64,000 nucleotides of DNA, taken from NCBI RefSeq assembly GCF_006345805.1, contig NC_043003.1, positions 84,010,001 to 84,074,000 of the forward strand, in the 5' to 3' direction. The translations under genes and the position numbers were made by a program. Below, piece after piece: positions 24,796 to 38,059 of this stretch (position 1 is the stretch's first letter; every line of letters starts with the position of its first letter). The notes below the pieces were generated by a model. It was given only the letters and a program-made list of their open reading frames with translations, ran no database searches and was not told the DNA's origin. The DNA is from Octopus sinensis. Its lineage: Eukaryota.

Positions 24796-26160
24796 TATAT
24801 AAACGCCTATTTTATTCTTTCACAGGCTGCAATTTTAACTGTCCCAAGTAGAATTAGATAATGACGTCAACATTTTTGTTTCAGTTGCCTTCTTCAGACA
24901 ACAAAGATGAAATGAAATAACTATGTGTTGATGCCATAGGAAATTTTAGAAACTTTCGAGAGAACGTGAAATAATTCCACGAAGCACGCATAAATCCTTT
25001 TGGATAAAAATAAAAATGTAGAAGGTTGCTTTCAAGATATTCCAAATATATATATTACTCTTGTACTCAACTATGACTCCACTGCATTGTATAGCAGATA
25101 CAGCTGTAAGCTAATCAAGTTCCCCTTAGCCATTTCATTTTCATTATATATATAAAATCATTGTTTATTATTCTATTAATTTACCCAGCCTAGAACTCGT
25201 TATCATTGCCACCACTATGGCATACTACCACCATCACCAACACTACAGATAAGTCTAACTCGTCTTTTGTTACAGTAATGAATTTTAAGTGTTCTCTGAC
25301 GAGGAAACAATTTTATTCCCTTCCCTATCTACCTCTACCCCTTCCATCTCATCTAAATATCTGCGCAGCCTCTCCCAATCTGTATATCTACTGCCACTTC
25401 TCTCTATTCGCTATTTGTATATATTTATTTATATTTTCACCTCGCTCTCTCAGTATCAACCTCTGTCACATCACTCTCTTATTTCATCCCATCTCATATC
25501 ATCTCAAGGGATACCGCCACACTCTTTCCAGTTTCCGGCCAGCTTCAACCTAACCTCTTGTCTTAATTAAGGCAGGCAGAGATATCACTCATAAACCCGC
25601 CTTTACCCAACTTCCACTCACCTATCTGCCAAATCACCACCCCACCACTAAATATTTACCCCTTATCTTCATCCTATTCCTAATATACTTTCACACTACA
25701 CTTCCCTATCACTAACCAACAACAGGAATAGCAATTGATTGTTGCAAATAAGCCAGTTTTCCAGACATTTATCTTAAGAATATTTCCTGCCGCAGCCACA
25801 TATACATACATACCCCTATTGTTTTATTCCATCTCATTGACGATTCCCGTCTGTAGTTTTAGCTTAGCCCCAGTTAGCCTAATCCAGCAGAACAACGATC
25901 AAAGGCGTAACTGTGACCATTAAAATCTTTTCAAACAGAGTAGCTAGGCCATCATATAGTATGCCGTTCCTTTATACATTTTTAAGACGGTAGGATGTGT
26001 TTTTAGGAAGATTTGGCTACTATTTCTACCACGCTGAGTGACTACATAGAAGATTCTCGTTGATTTACTGTTTCTACTTACCGTAAGATCGACCCTGATC
26101 GAGAGCTTTTATAATCAAATGCGTCCCGTCCGTTGACAATTTTATTATTATTATATATAT

Positions 26161-26416
26161 AAAGGGTAAAGACCCCCTTCGGTCATGAGTGACCATGGGT
26201 TTGCACCTAGAGAGTTACCCTCTGAGGCACAAGTCTGGGCAAGGTTGTTTTATGGAAGACCAGTAGTCGCCCATGCATACCGGCCTCCCCTCTCCACGCC
26301 ACCAGTGTTATCCAAGGGAAAGACAAAGGTCGATACAGCTTGGCACCTGTGACGTCGCAACTCATTTCTACAGCTGAGTGAACTGGAGCAACGTGAAATA
26401 AAGTGTCTTGCTCAAG

Positions 26417-26420
<4 letters not shown>
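26161..26420 (-). mobile_element. SINE family D (CORE-like central block), head missing
   Basis: agctgagtgaactggagcaacgtgaaataaagtgtcttgctcaag block; related copies at about 4190-4640 (-), 30279-30550 (+), 48001-48150 (+), 49795-49940 (-). The CORE resemblance is from memory. Confidence 0.7.
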
Positions 26421-26448
<28 letters not shown>

Positions 26449-26451
<3 letters not shown>

Positions 26452-27880
26452 CTACTTAAGCGTGCTGTCAATCGCAATATCCACAGTCTATATTGTAAAA
26501 TAACTTGATCTGGGTTAGGATTAAGGTTAGGGTTAGAATTAGGGTTAGAGTTGAATTAGATTGTATGCTAAAGTATAAATACCCAGGGAGACTGCACGCC
26601 ATTACCAAAATTTGTTTCAAAGTTTATTTAAGAACAGATTGATACAAGGCAATGAGAATGCCTTTATGCGGTCGTCTGCAGTCTAGAAATAGCAATCAAA
26701 TCTCCTCCAAATTACATATTCCCGTGTTAAAGAAAAAGCAACACCACACATTGCATAATTTAATCGTGGGTCTAATTGCTTCAGAGTTGATCTAGAGTTA
26801 AATAACAACAGAGATAGATACATCTTAATTTAGCACCATCAGTTACATCAGCATTTAGCAACTGTTTTCATGTCTAACGGGTTAAGTATGGTAATCATAC
26901 AAGCAGCAACCACCCGTATCACCCACATGCCGTCTCATAAATAATTTCGACTAATATTTCGTAATTAGCACAATTCCTTTTTTACTTTGTCAGGTGTGCA
27001 TCATAAATTCAACGCAAGTTAGTAGAAGTCTCTGTATACAGTCGGGAATGAGGGCACGGCGCATGTATCCGCATCACCCGTGTTATATATAAGTGAGATA
27101 GGGGGGGGGAATAAGACAGGGTGAGGTAAGAGGAAAAGAGATAAAAGACATATATATATATATATATATATAGTGCTACTTAAGCGTGCTGTCAATCGCA
27201 ATATCCACAGTCTATATTGTAAAATAACTTGATCTGGGTTAGGATTAAGGTTTGGGTTAGGGTTAGAATTAGGGTTAGAGTTGAATTAGATTGTATGCTA
27301 AAGTATAAATACCCAGGGAGACTGCACGCCATTACCAAAATTTGTTTCAAAGTTTATTTAAGAACAGATTGATACAAGGCAATGAGAATGCCTTTATGCG
27401 GTCGTCTGCAGTCTAGAAATAGCAATCAAATCTCCTCCAAATTACATATTCCCGTGTTAAAGAAAAAGCAACACCACACATTGCATAATTTAATCGTGGG
27501 TCTAATTGCTTCAGAGTTGATCTAGAGTTAAATAACAACAGAGATAGATACATCTTAATTTAGCACCATCAGTTACATCAGCATTTAGCAACTGTTTTCA
27601 TGTCTAACGGGTTAAGTATGGTAATCATACAAGCAGCAACCACCCGTATCACCCACATGCCGTCTCATAAATAATTTCGACTAATATTTCGTAATTAGCA
27701 CAATTCCTTTTTACTTTGTCAGGTGTGCATCATAAATTCAACGCAAGTTAGTAGAAGTCTCTGTATACAGTCGGGAATGAGGGCACGGCGCATGTATCCG
27801 CATCACCCGTGTTATATATAAGTGAGATAGGGGGGGGGGAATAAGACAGGGTGAGGTAAGAGGAAAAGAGATAAAAGACA
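26449..27880. repeat. Near-identical tandem duplication (702 and 708 bp units separated by (TA)n)
   Basis: 26449-27150 versus 27173-27880. Visible differences: one extra 6-bp telomere-like unit, G9/G10 and T6/T5 homopolymers. Confidence 0.95.
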
Positions 27881-28025
27881 TATATATATATATATATATA
27901 TAACGCAATTTGAAGTCTCTAAACACAGTTATGAGAGGGCGTGGCACATGTATGCGCAATGCACACATGTATAGGAAGATAAGAGATAAAGAAAAACAGC
28001 CTTTAACACATCAACGACCACTTAC

Positions 28026-28055
28026 CCTGCTTGGTCGCATGTTCCCAGGGCCTTC
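28026..28055 (-). CDS. Candidate 30-nt symmetric micro-exon (phase 1-1, xRPWEHATKQx)
   Basis: cattttctatcag acceptor and gtaagt donor enclose 30 GC-rich nt; frame-preserving between 36680 and 19461. Confidence 0.4.
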
Positions 28056-30062
28056 CTGATAGAAAATGTGTGTGTATGTCAGTGTGTGTAAGGAATTATC
28101 GACCTGACCTAATTCCGAAACACCTAAAAGATTTTGCCAACAGAGTAAAGGAGAAAACTAGAAAACTGTGTTCGATATTTACGCTATTCCCCTAATATTT
28201 CTACACAATAAGACATATTTGACCCAATTTTAACCATTTATGCTAATGAAGGAAAATCAAAGGAAGTATTTATCTCTAGATCTGGCAACATCTTGTCATA
28301 TTTGATAGAGTGACGGACAGAATGTCTTGTATTATCTAGTTATGTTGATTTATGTTCTTAGTTCAAATCATGTTGAAATCAACTTTGTCTTTCATTCGTT
28401 CGGAGTGGATAAAATGAATATAATAAAGTACCAGGAGACGGTACCCCATCATGGTTTTAATCAGTGACTGAAACCAGCCAAAGAATATGAAGCCAGGAAG
28501 GTTAGATTACATAAAAATTGCCATCGAGGAGAGGCAACAACGATGAACATATTCACGTTTGAATCTGTTGGAATGTATTAAGAAAGAATATTTAAGTCCT
28601 AGTTTTGATCCCCGCTGTTCACCGGGCACAAGACGATTTATAATCAGTTGATAGATGTCAGCACGCATCAGTCAATGATTGGTTTGCTGAAATCATAAAC
28701 AAGAGCCATAAACTCTGGTTAGATTCACTGCTCTGAGATAGATTTGACTGAGGAGACACAATGATGTCGAAACACCGTGTCTCCCAAAGTTTCCTTATGC
28801 AAATGCATCGAATGTTACAAACACACATTCTTCTGAAAGAAGAAGTTCTCCAGTGACGAGATGCAACAGCGATTAACATATTCGTGTTCGAATCTGTAAA
28901 ACATTAAGAACGAGTGTTTAAATCATCGGTATACTACTAATATCTGAGAGAAATGTTGCTGTTACCAGTATGTTCTTTAGTTTGCAACTGTATGGTCTTA
29001 GTCATGATGGCTAAAACACTGACTTCATATGGATTTGTGAATATATTCCTTTTGCATTTAAATATTTTTCTTGTAACTAATTTCGTTTTGTGTATACAAA
29101 AGTGATTCTATTTAATGTTAAAACATCTTGTTAGGATGTTACTTCAAGTTCTAATATTTTATATTTGTTAACAAGGAAAAGTATAGATAATGTAATTGCG
29201 GAGGTAATATATCTGGTAAAAAAAAAAGTATGATCAAGTGAAATGTCTTTTATCATTGATCTGTTTGACAAGGGCTAACCTGGGATTGAACTACTGAACT
29301 ATAGAGATAAGCAAGAAAAATAAAAAAAGATTTATACGTAAACGCTTGATCTGCTAAAACTAACAACCGAATCAGCTTCAATAGTTTCCGGGATGCCAAA
29401 GCAGATAAACAAGGGAGCGGGGATACAGTGGCACCTGGTCTCTTGGTAGCTGGTTGGGTGTATAAGATGCGTATGGTGGAGAATAATGATAGTAATACTA
29501 AATATCGTAATGAAAAAAAAACAAAAAAAAAAAACTAGCGAACAGAAAGAAATGCTACTAAATGCAGGAGTAGGTAATGTTAGGTATGTTGAACTCTACG
29601 AAATAACGGTAATGATACAAAGAAATACAAAATGGCAGAAAAAAAAGAAAGAATTACACACACATACACACACAACAAAAACAAAAATAAACATTAAGTC
29701 GATCTTGGTTGACAATGAAGAAATTGTTCTTTTGCAATAGATATGTTAATTAATTGGTGAAAGACTCGTTGATGGTGTAAAGACTAGCAGTTATTGCTAT
29801 GCTGAAGCTACAGAGTATATAGAATAAAAGCTTTGTCTATTTGAGATATCACACTTCATTTTACAGTGTATCAGTTCTTGATGTTTATTTATCAAATCTT
29901 GTTGAAACGCAATCTTTCAAGTATTGACATCCTATACATTTAAGGAGTCATTTTCCGTCTGCTAAAATCTGAAGACTGGAACAATGGTCATTAGAGACAG
30001 TTACAAATAATGTAACTGTCTCTAATGACCATTGTAAAGCGTGGTATATGTGTATTTATGTG

Positions 30063-30065
<3 letters not shown>

Positions 30066-30138
<73 letters not shown>

Positions 30139-30160
30139 GAGAGAGAGAAGAGAGAGAGAG
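30066..30160. repeat. (GA)n microsatellite
   Basis: Direct reading; similar tracts at 15874-15945, 51024-51065 and 58428-58462. Confidence 0.95.
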
Positions 30161-30278
30161 TACAGATTTACCAAGAAAGTACATCACGTTACAGCTTAAA
30201 TAAATTTTAATTTAGAAATCCTATGGTGGGGCAAGTAGCTGCATATCCTGGACGAATAGCTATGTTCCATACACAGTA

Positions 30279-30550
30279 AGGGCATGTGGACCAGTGGTTA
30301 GGGTGTTGCACTTACGATCTCGAAATTGCGGGTTTCGATTCCCGGACCAAGCAGTGCGTTGCGTTCTTCAGCAAAACACTTCATCTCACGTTGCCCGACA
30401 TCTGATGTGTGGCACACCGTGCACCTGTACAGGCATTATCGATTTCATGGAGGGACTGAGTTATTGTACAACACAAACATTTGATCACTATGAACAAACC
30501 ATCTGTGCAGGTTGTTCGCAGCAAGAAATTGCAGAACCGTCTTCTCGGAC
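30279..30550 (+). mobile_element. SINE family D-related, with tRNA head
   Basis: gtggaccagtggttagggtgttgcac...gggtttcgattccc, then cttcagcaaaacacttcatctcacgttg. Confidence 0.65.
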
Positions 30551-31443
30551 CGTTATTTATTGTACACATAAAACAACGTAAGCTACTAGTCAATTCTTGC
30601 ACTCATAAAAATTGAAAACAAGTGAAGGTTATCCGAAACGTTTGTTGTACCATGAATTTTATCACTAAAAGAATCCGCAATAATGTAGAACCAGTGAGGA
30701 AGTCTCTACTGCTAAAAACAGCAACCAAATCTCAACCCCTCTTAACTGAGAATATTAATGTAATCTTAGCTCCACTATGCCCGACTAATAGACGAGATAG
30801 TCTAACAAGAATATCTTTGATCAAATATTTCCTGTTGAAGTACCACAGCAACAAAAAGTACACTTCATTTGATAAAATATCAGGAGGACCGTTCAGTTCA
30901 CTTTTTTCGGATGAGATCATCCAGGGTACATACATCTAACCCGCCCCCATAAAGTTTGCAATTAAATTCTACATTAATTCAATTAGCATAGCCAAGTGTC
31001 AGACTAATTAAACTGAATTAGCCATTCATATTCAAGTGTAACACAGAATTCACGGAAACACACTCACATACACATAAATACATTATTTGATAAATTTATT
31101 CAGATATACCCAATCCTTGTGGCTGAACACAGATAAAGAGAGAATTCCAAAAACAAAAATTAGAAGTAAATTTCATAATTCTTTCTACTTAGGCATAGCG
31201 CCAGAAATTTTTGGAGGAGGGGCTAGTCAATATCATCGACGTCATTGCTCAATTTGAACTCAGAGAATAAAGCCGGAAGAAATGTCGCTAAGCATTTTGT
31301 TCGGCGTATTAATTTTATAATAGCTTCTATATTAGTCACAAGGGGAAAAGTAAGAACAATACGTCTTTGTAGAAGAGAATTACCGGACGGTGGAATCGAA
31401 CTGGTAATGTCGTGGTTCTAAAACGAACTTCCATGTGCATAGA

Positions 31444-31790
31444 TGCAGGCGTGGCTGTGTGGTAAGAAGTTTGCTTCCCAACCACTTGGTTCCGGGTCCA
31501 AGTCCCACTGCGTAGCACCTTGGGCAAGTGTCTTCTGCTATAGCCTCGGGCCGACCAAAGCCCGTCGTGTGCGCGCGTGCGTGTATATCTGTGTGTGTGT
31601 ATCTGTGCGTGTGTGCCCCTTCACCGACGCTTGACAATCGATGTTGGTGTGCTTATGTCCCCGTAACTTAACGTTTCGACAAAAGAGACCAATAACATAA
31701 GTACCAGGCTTACAAAGTCCTGGGGTCGGACTTTTCGACGAAAACCGTTTAAGGCGGTGCTCCAGTCAAATGAAGAAGTAAAGGAATAAA
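31444..31790 (+). mobile_element. SINE family B
   Basis: Same head and tail blocks. Confidence 0.8.
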
Positions 31791-32894
31791 GGAATGCCTG
31801 CACCCATTAATACTTGCATGTAAGTGTTTCTCAAAACGGCTTTCTTATAAACCTCAACAGCCAACTTGATGGCTTGTCTATTGGCCCCTCAGATATCAAG
31901 CATATTGTAAGCGCCGTAAAGGGACCGGTTTGCAAACCCTCTGCATCTTACTTTTCCTTATTTAAAAGAATGGTGAATAATTTGAGAAAAATTTAGTTGC
32001 CGTTTATAGTAGATCGAGCAACCTCATAAAAACTCTCTCTCGGTGGTGACACATGTTAGTGGTGGCACATGTTCAGATGACATGCTTGTGACATCCAAAG
32101 TTTTCTAACCAAGCAGTCCTCTGAGGTTTTTAGCTTATATATCACTTTTCTCCAATATAATTCCAATACACATATCAATGAGTCATGCTATACTCAAGGC
32201 GTTATATGAGAGAAAGAAAGAAAAAACATGTCCAATGGGTGATACTAAGTCTAATAAATAAAATATCGTTAGAAAGGTATTCGTGAATAAAGTTTATGTC
32301 AACGTTCCTTTCTAAAGCAGGAGCACTCAATTTGGGGGTCAAAACCAATACATAAGCATATACATATGAAAATACATAAACGTAGGTGCATACACATCTA
32401 CATTATATATATATATATAATCATATGCACATACACACACTTCATGCTTAGTAAGGCTCCCTTCCCCTAATTAGTAATTAATCCGTATTACTGAAAAAAT
32501 AATTAAAAATAACATTTAAAAATAGGATTACTACAACTTAAAACGGCTTACTTAACCTGCTGATATGGCGACAAACCTGGGCAGTTGCAAAAGCATGAAC
32601 ACCACAATTTCTCATTTCTCTACTTAATGTCTCATAGCTAGTATTTAATTGGGAAACGCCATGCTACCTGTTTGTTTAACATTTCATTCTAATTAATAAA
32701 GTCATTATTATTAATTGTATTTTGGTAATGCTATTTCAGGGCATTTAAAAACATACGTACAACTGCATACCTTGGACTATACACACACGCGTTTATATAT
32801 ACAAATTTGTAAGTGCATCTATGTCTGTGTGAGTATATTTATATATATTACACACAAACACATACACACACATATATGTGTGTACATTTGTGTT

Positions 32895-32932
<38 letters not shown>

Positions 32933-33287
32933 TGTGTATAGGGAGGAGGTTTCGAGATGCCTTTCCTCCATAGCCGTTTCTCTCTCCAGACAACACAAGA
33001 TGCCAGTATTCCAGGAATGCCACCCTAGTGCTGATAATTAATAGAACGCTTAATAAATAACTCTTAATTTCCTAATTACATTCGCCTGTTTCCTATTTAC
33101 AGTTTGGACAATTAATAAAACAACAACAACTCTGACGAAAGAATAAATGCCATGTCACGAATTAACTACAGTTTACTCGGCAGATTTCTTCTGTGGTTCT
33201 ACTTCTCTCGCCTCCCTCCCCACTCCCTCTCTCTGAGTTCCCACTTCTACTCATCTCGATGTGATGGTGGGAGGGGAGCCTCTAAGC

Positions 33288-33598
33288 CAGAGGTTCTCAA
33301 ACGGATACTTTTATAGAAATTTCATTGTAGAAAGGCCTTGTTTAGACCTAATTCGCTGATAATTTACTACTAATAGGTCGTTTTTCCAATAGGGTTTCCT
33401 AAATACTTAAAAAAAGGGTGGTGTAAGGGGCAGGGTTTTGAACATGTCGTTTGTGTTTAATAGAATTAATAATGTAGAATTACACACAAAAAATGCACTT
33501 CCATATAATTAACCTACTTATCAATATTTGTAGCAGAACACCTAGCGACCCCTCGCAAAATCGTATGATTCTAGGAGACCCCGTTTTGGAAACTTTAG
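33288..33598. mobile_element. Degenerate hAT-type MITE
   Basis: cagaggttctcaaac start and a decayed complementary end. Confidence 0.4.
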
Positions 33599-35389
33599 TC
33601 TTGGCGAAGGCAATGATATATTGGATTATCTGGTTTTAGATTTACACAAGCACGCAGCTATGGCTATGTGGTTAAGACGTTCGCTTCGCACCTGAATGGT
33701 TTCGAGTTCAATTCCATTGTGTGACGCCTTAAACGAGTGTCTTCTGAGTCATATTGGCTTGACAGGAAGTGCGTAGAAGCACGTCGGAGGGACCGACTTG
33801 TGGTAGTCTTGAGCTCGGTTTCAACGTTGAAATAAGAGATTCTGATTAAGACATCCAAGAGTTATGTACAAACAAGAACACATCTCTGATCTACATCAGG
33901 TCTGGTCCTCGAGATCCTGAAAAAGAGTCATTAACACCATCCTTCTTCCTTTACTAGGTTATAAAAACAAAAAGAGGTAAACAAGATAAACAAGTATTAG
34001 GAAATTTCGGTGAGATATTCACCTAGAATAATTTTTTTCTTCTTCGACATCACTATTACTTTTGGAATGACAACAACTCAATCACAAAAGCTTATTTATT
34101 TTTTTAAAAATAAAATCTCAGAATTAAGAAACCTTCATCATCACAACCAATATAGTCTCAGATCATTCCTGACTGAGTAAACTAATGATCAAAAAGGTCA
34201 TCTCGCCATGTCCATACGCCATTTTTTATTTACAGGAACAAAAGGTACAAGATACACGCCTTCACATTAGCATATAATACTGTTCTTGAAGAAATAATCG
34301 TATAGTCTTAAATACTGAGTAAAGAAGGCACTGTGCACTGCGACACCCTGCGGTGATTAGTAATGAATAAAAAGAAATGAAGCAAGAAAGATAAATCGAA
34401 ATACTGTCATTATCGGTTGAACAATTCCTGATCTATAGTATCCATCAATGGGGTTGGTGGGTATTCATATTGATTTCACGGAAACGAACATTGTTGGCGT
34501 CCATGCATCATCTATGATACACATACACATTTATGATCAACCGCAAGAATAACTTGGGACTTAGGAAAGGAAAGCTTTATATTGCTTAGACCGTATGAAC
34601 CTTGGGTTAGCTAACAGTCTGCAAACAAACATGGGAGTTTAGGATAAACTTATGAAAATGCTTTGGACCATAAAAGCAGTTCATTTGGAGTTTCTTTCCA
34701 CTTTACAAAAGCAATGTCTTGAAATCGGATGAAACTACTATGTCAACGTCATAAGGCCACAGATGTGGTGGGTGGTTATAGCTAACTAAATTGATCCTTG
34801 TACTTAACTAGCATTTATTTTATTGATCCTTAAAACATGAATGGCAAACTCGACCTCAGTAGAGTTCGAACACAGAACGTGAAGTTAAACAGAGTTAAAT
34901 AATGCAACTTATTCTGTCTGACGCTAAAAAAAAAAAAAAGAAATTTAGCAAATGTAACTTTAACAGCGCGCGCGCGCGCACAGAAACAGACACAACAAAT
35001 CGCAAACACACCCTCACATCATACATACATATACATCACACACACAGAGAATCATTTCCGCAGGAAATGAAATAAATGTCAAATCAGAATTAGGTTTTTT
35101 TCTAACGACATATCTGACTCTTTGAAATTGGCTATTCCTCAAAGAAAAGCCATCAACCAATCAAATCACAAGCTGCACAATCTGAAAATCCACCAGCCAA
35201 TCATGCGCTTGGCACACTAATGAAAGCTATCAAGCGTTTTACTCGTTTCAATACAGTGAAACATTTTGTTTTTCACGTCAAATATATTGGTTTCTAATTT
35301 GTTTGGCATTGACCACAGATGAATGCATAAAAAAAAAAAAATCAAGTTAATGCAAAGATCATTATCAATAATAATGGTAATTTTTTCTG

Positions 35390-35690
35390 CTATAGGCACA
35401 AGTCCTGAAATCTTGGGGGAGGAAGTAAGTCGATTTTAATGACCCCAGTGCACAACTGGTACTTATTTTGTTGATGCTGAAAGGATGAATGGCAAAGTCA
35501 ACCTCGGAGAAATTTGAACTCAGAACGTAAAGGACCAGAAAATGAAAATAATTATGATAATTGTTTCAAATTTTGGCCCAGGGACAAAAGTCTTTGGAGA
35601 AAGTATCTTATTTTATCGACCGTGTTAAGATGAAAGGCAAAGTTGACCTCAGCGGAAACTGAATTTAGAACGCAAGAGTCCGGAAGACAT
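35390..35690 (-). mobile_element. Two adjacent degenerate SINE A' copies
   Basis: Core sequence present twice. Confidence 0.65.
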
Positions 35691-36679
35691 ACTGCTAGGC
35701 ATATCTTTCGACGCTCTAACTAGTCTGCCAGAGAGATCACATAGAACAGACATGGGCGATGTTTTTTAAGAGGAATGCATGAGACATGGTTAATCATCAG
35801 GTGGGATGCACTATTAAAAAAAAAAAAAAAGCAAGGTAATTTTTTGCTGGCATGCCATTCAGAAATCCCTAAGACCGCAGTTTGCCCATGACTGATGTAA
35901 AGGCTCTCTAGTCTGGTAGCGGGAAAGTCGTTAAGTTTTTTTTTTTTACTGTCTACCGCGCATTTTGGTGTGAATAAATGAAGATTTGGCTGCTCTTTTT
36001 AGCACGCGAAGCGACTGCAGTGCAAGAGAGGAAATGTAAATTTTAGGATTAATAAATGAAATAGTGTTATTCCTCAGTGTAAAACACCACACACACATAA
36101 ATACATACAAATATGAGCGCATGTGTGTATATCGTTTGCTTTGGTAGTTACATTCTCGTCCTTAATATATTGAAAGCGCATCGACAAATGCTTTCAAATA
36201 TAAACAAAATGTGTTTACATGCTTCCAACGCAAACACAATATATTTACATTAAAAGGTACAGCAGCTGCAAATCCGCTAATTGTAATCAGTAACTTGTTT
36301 AAAAAGAAATTTTAAAAATTAATTGAAACTTAAAATAATAAAAACGAAGCATTTTTCGCAGCTAAAGAATTCATGATGTTCAAAATACAAATCAAAGAGC
36401 CTATTTATTTAAAAAGAAAAGGTTTGGTGGGCGTTCAAAAATTCACTCTAAAACGAGAAATATTTCGTCCTGCTAATATAAATTGCACACGCTGTAACAT
36501 CCTGTACTATAAGAAATAATACGTTGGATATACATTGCAGTAAAAACGAACATCGAGGATGGCAGAAACATCTGGCCTAGAGTCACAACATCTGATTCAT
36601 CAAAACTCGTGCGTGGCAAATTTATAACATACATTGATGAATAGTCCCCGGCATCGTGGATGAGGCCAGAAACACTTAC

Positions 36680-36764
36680 TGAGTTGCTTCATCGTCTGAT
36701 GACTCATCGACTCCTGCATTCGGAGACAGAGTACAGCAACATCCTCGGTACAGAAGTGTTTGCC
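36680..36764 (-). CDS. Candidate upstream exon of the PLP/M6-like gene (GKHFCTEDVAVLCLRMQESMSHQTMKQL)
   Basis: atatttag acceptor, consensus gtaagt donor, 85 nt, GC-richer than flanks. Phase 0 in / phase 1 out joins in frame to 19461 and contains in-frame ATGs. A second frame (QTLLYRGCCCTLSPNAGVDESSDDEAT) is also open but does not join 19461 directly. Confidence 0.5.
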
Positions 36765-37045
36765 CTAAATATATGGGCGTGCGTATGGTTATCATCTAAA
36801 CGTTAAAAAAATCGAAGTTTATCAATGGAATTGTAAGAAGACAGTAGTAGAAAAAAGAAGAAGGGAGAGAGAAGGAAAAAGTAGTCAGACTTTCTGTCTG
36901 TTAGCCATCTATACGACGCTACCTCTTTTGGCATTGAAGTGAGCGAGTCGCGCTGTTTGCGGGCAACTATGAGGAATATGCCGTGGACAAGACTACAATC
37001 GATTAAAAGCGAGTATACTCTGATATCAGTATAATCTGCTGATTA

Positions 37046-37090
<45 letters not shown>

Positions 37091-37859
37091 CATGCAGAGA
37101 GGGGGAGAGAGAACGAAGATGCTGACAAAGAATGGGTGTGGAAAGAAGGGAAAAGTGAAAGAAATTGATCACAAAAGAAAAAGGCGAGACCTTATGACGT
37201 TATTAATGGCAAAGTTAGTGGGTATAAGCACACGTGTTTTGGAACGAATTGCAACGACTGATCTCATTAGTTGAAAAGATTGAGATAAATCAGATTTGCT
37301 GCAAACGCCGTTTTTCTACAGATATCACTGAATACCTTTTCCTCCCCCTTATCATATGACGTACAACTGGGCATAAACCAGAAAGAATTATGAATTTCTT
37401 ATATATTTTGCACTAGTTTAAAGATTTTTTTTCAAAAGGCCAAGTACCTATTTTATATTTGAAAGCTGCGTTGAATTACATGTAATCTAATAAGACCGCA
37501 TTAAAAACATCAAATAGTCGGAAAAATACAATTACATCTCATTCGAAAATGTAATTATGAATATTAAAGAAAGAGATTAAAATACAAACTGACCTTTTAA
37601 TGACTTTTTTAAAGGATGTAAGAACATTGCAATGAATATATAAATATATTAGCCATGTAATCAATACAAAATGTACGTTTTTTTTTAATGCACTAAAGGG
37701 CCTTAAAGGATACATGCTACCACCTAGTCACGAAAATATAAAGTCATTAGTTTAGGTTAGGCAGTTACATCCTATTTCTTTTTTGCAATGAGGATCTTTG
37801 TCTTTTTCTGATATGATTTACGCATCCCAACTCGCCCCTCTGCCATCCATTTACACACA

Positions 37860-37897
<38 letters not shown>

Positions 37898-37899
<2 letters not shown>

Positions 37900-38015
37900 C
37901 TGCCCACAAGGGGCTAAACATAGAGGGGACAAACAAGGACAGACAAATGGATTAAGTCGATTACATCGACCCCAGTGTGAAACTGGTACTTTATTTATCA
38001 AAGTCGACCTCGGTG

Positions 38016-38018
<3 letters not shown>
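37898..38018 (-). mobile_element. SINE family A fragment between (TA)n tracts
   Basis: Tail and central domain present, with an internal deletion. Confidence 0.75.

Positions 38019-38055
<37 letters not shown>

Positions 38056-38059
<4 letters not shown>

Noticed and set aside
25296-25308. CTGACGAGGAAAC hammerhead core
   Set aside because: No room for stem II and no convincing stem I/III.
26514-26552. Interstitial telomere or fusion scar (GGGTTA-like units)
   Set aside because: Only a few degenerate units in one orientation; similar tracts occur inside MITEs (about 59540-59570).
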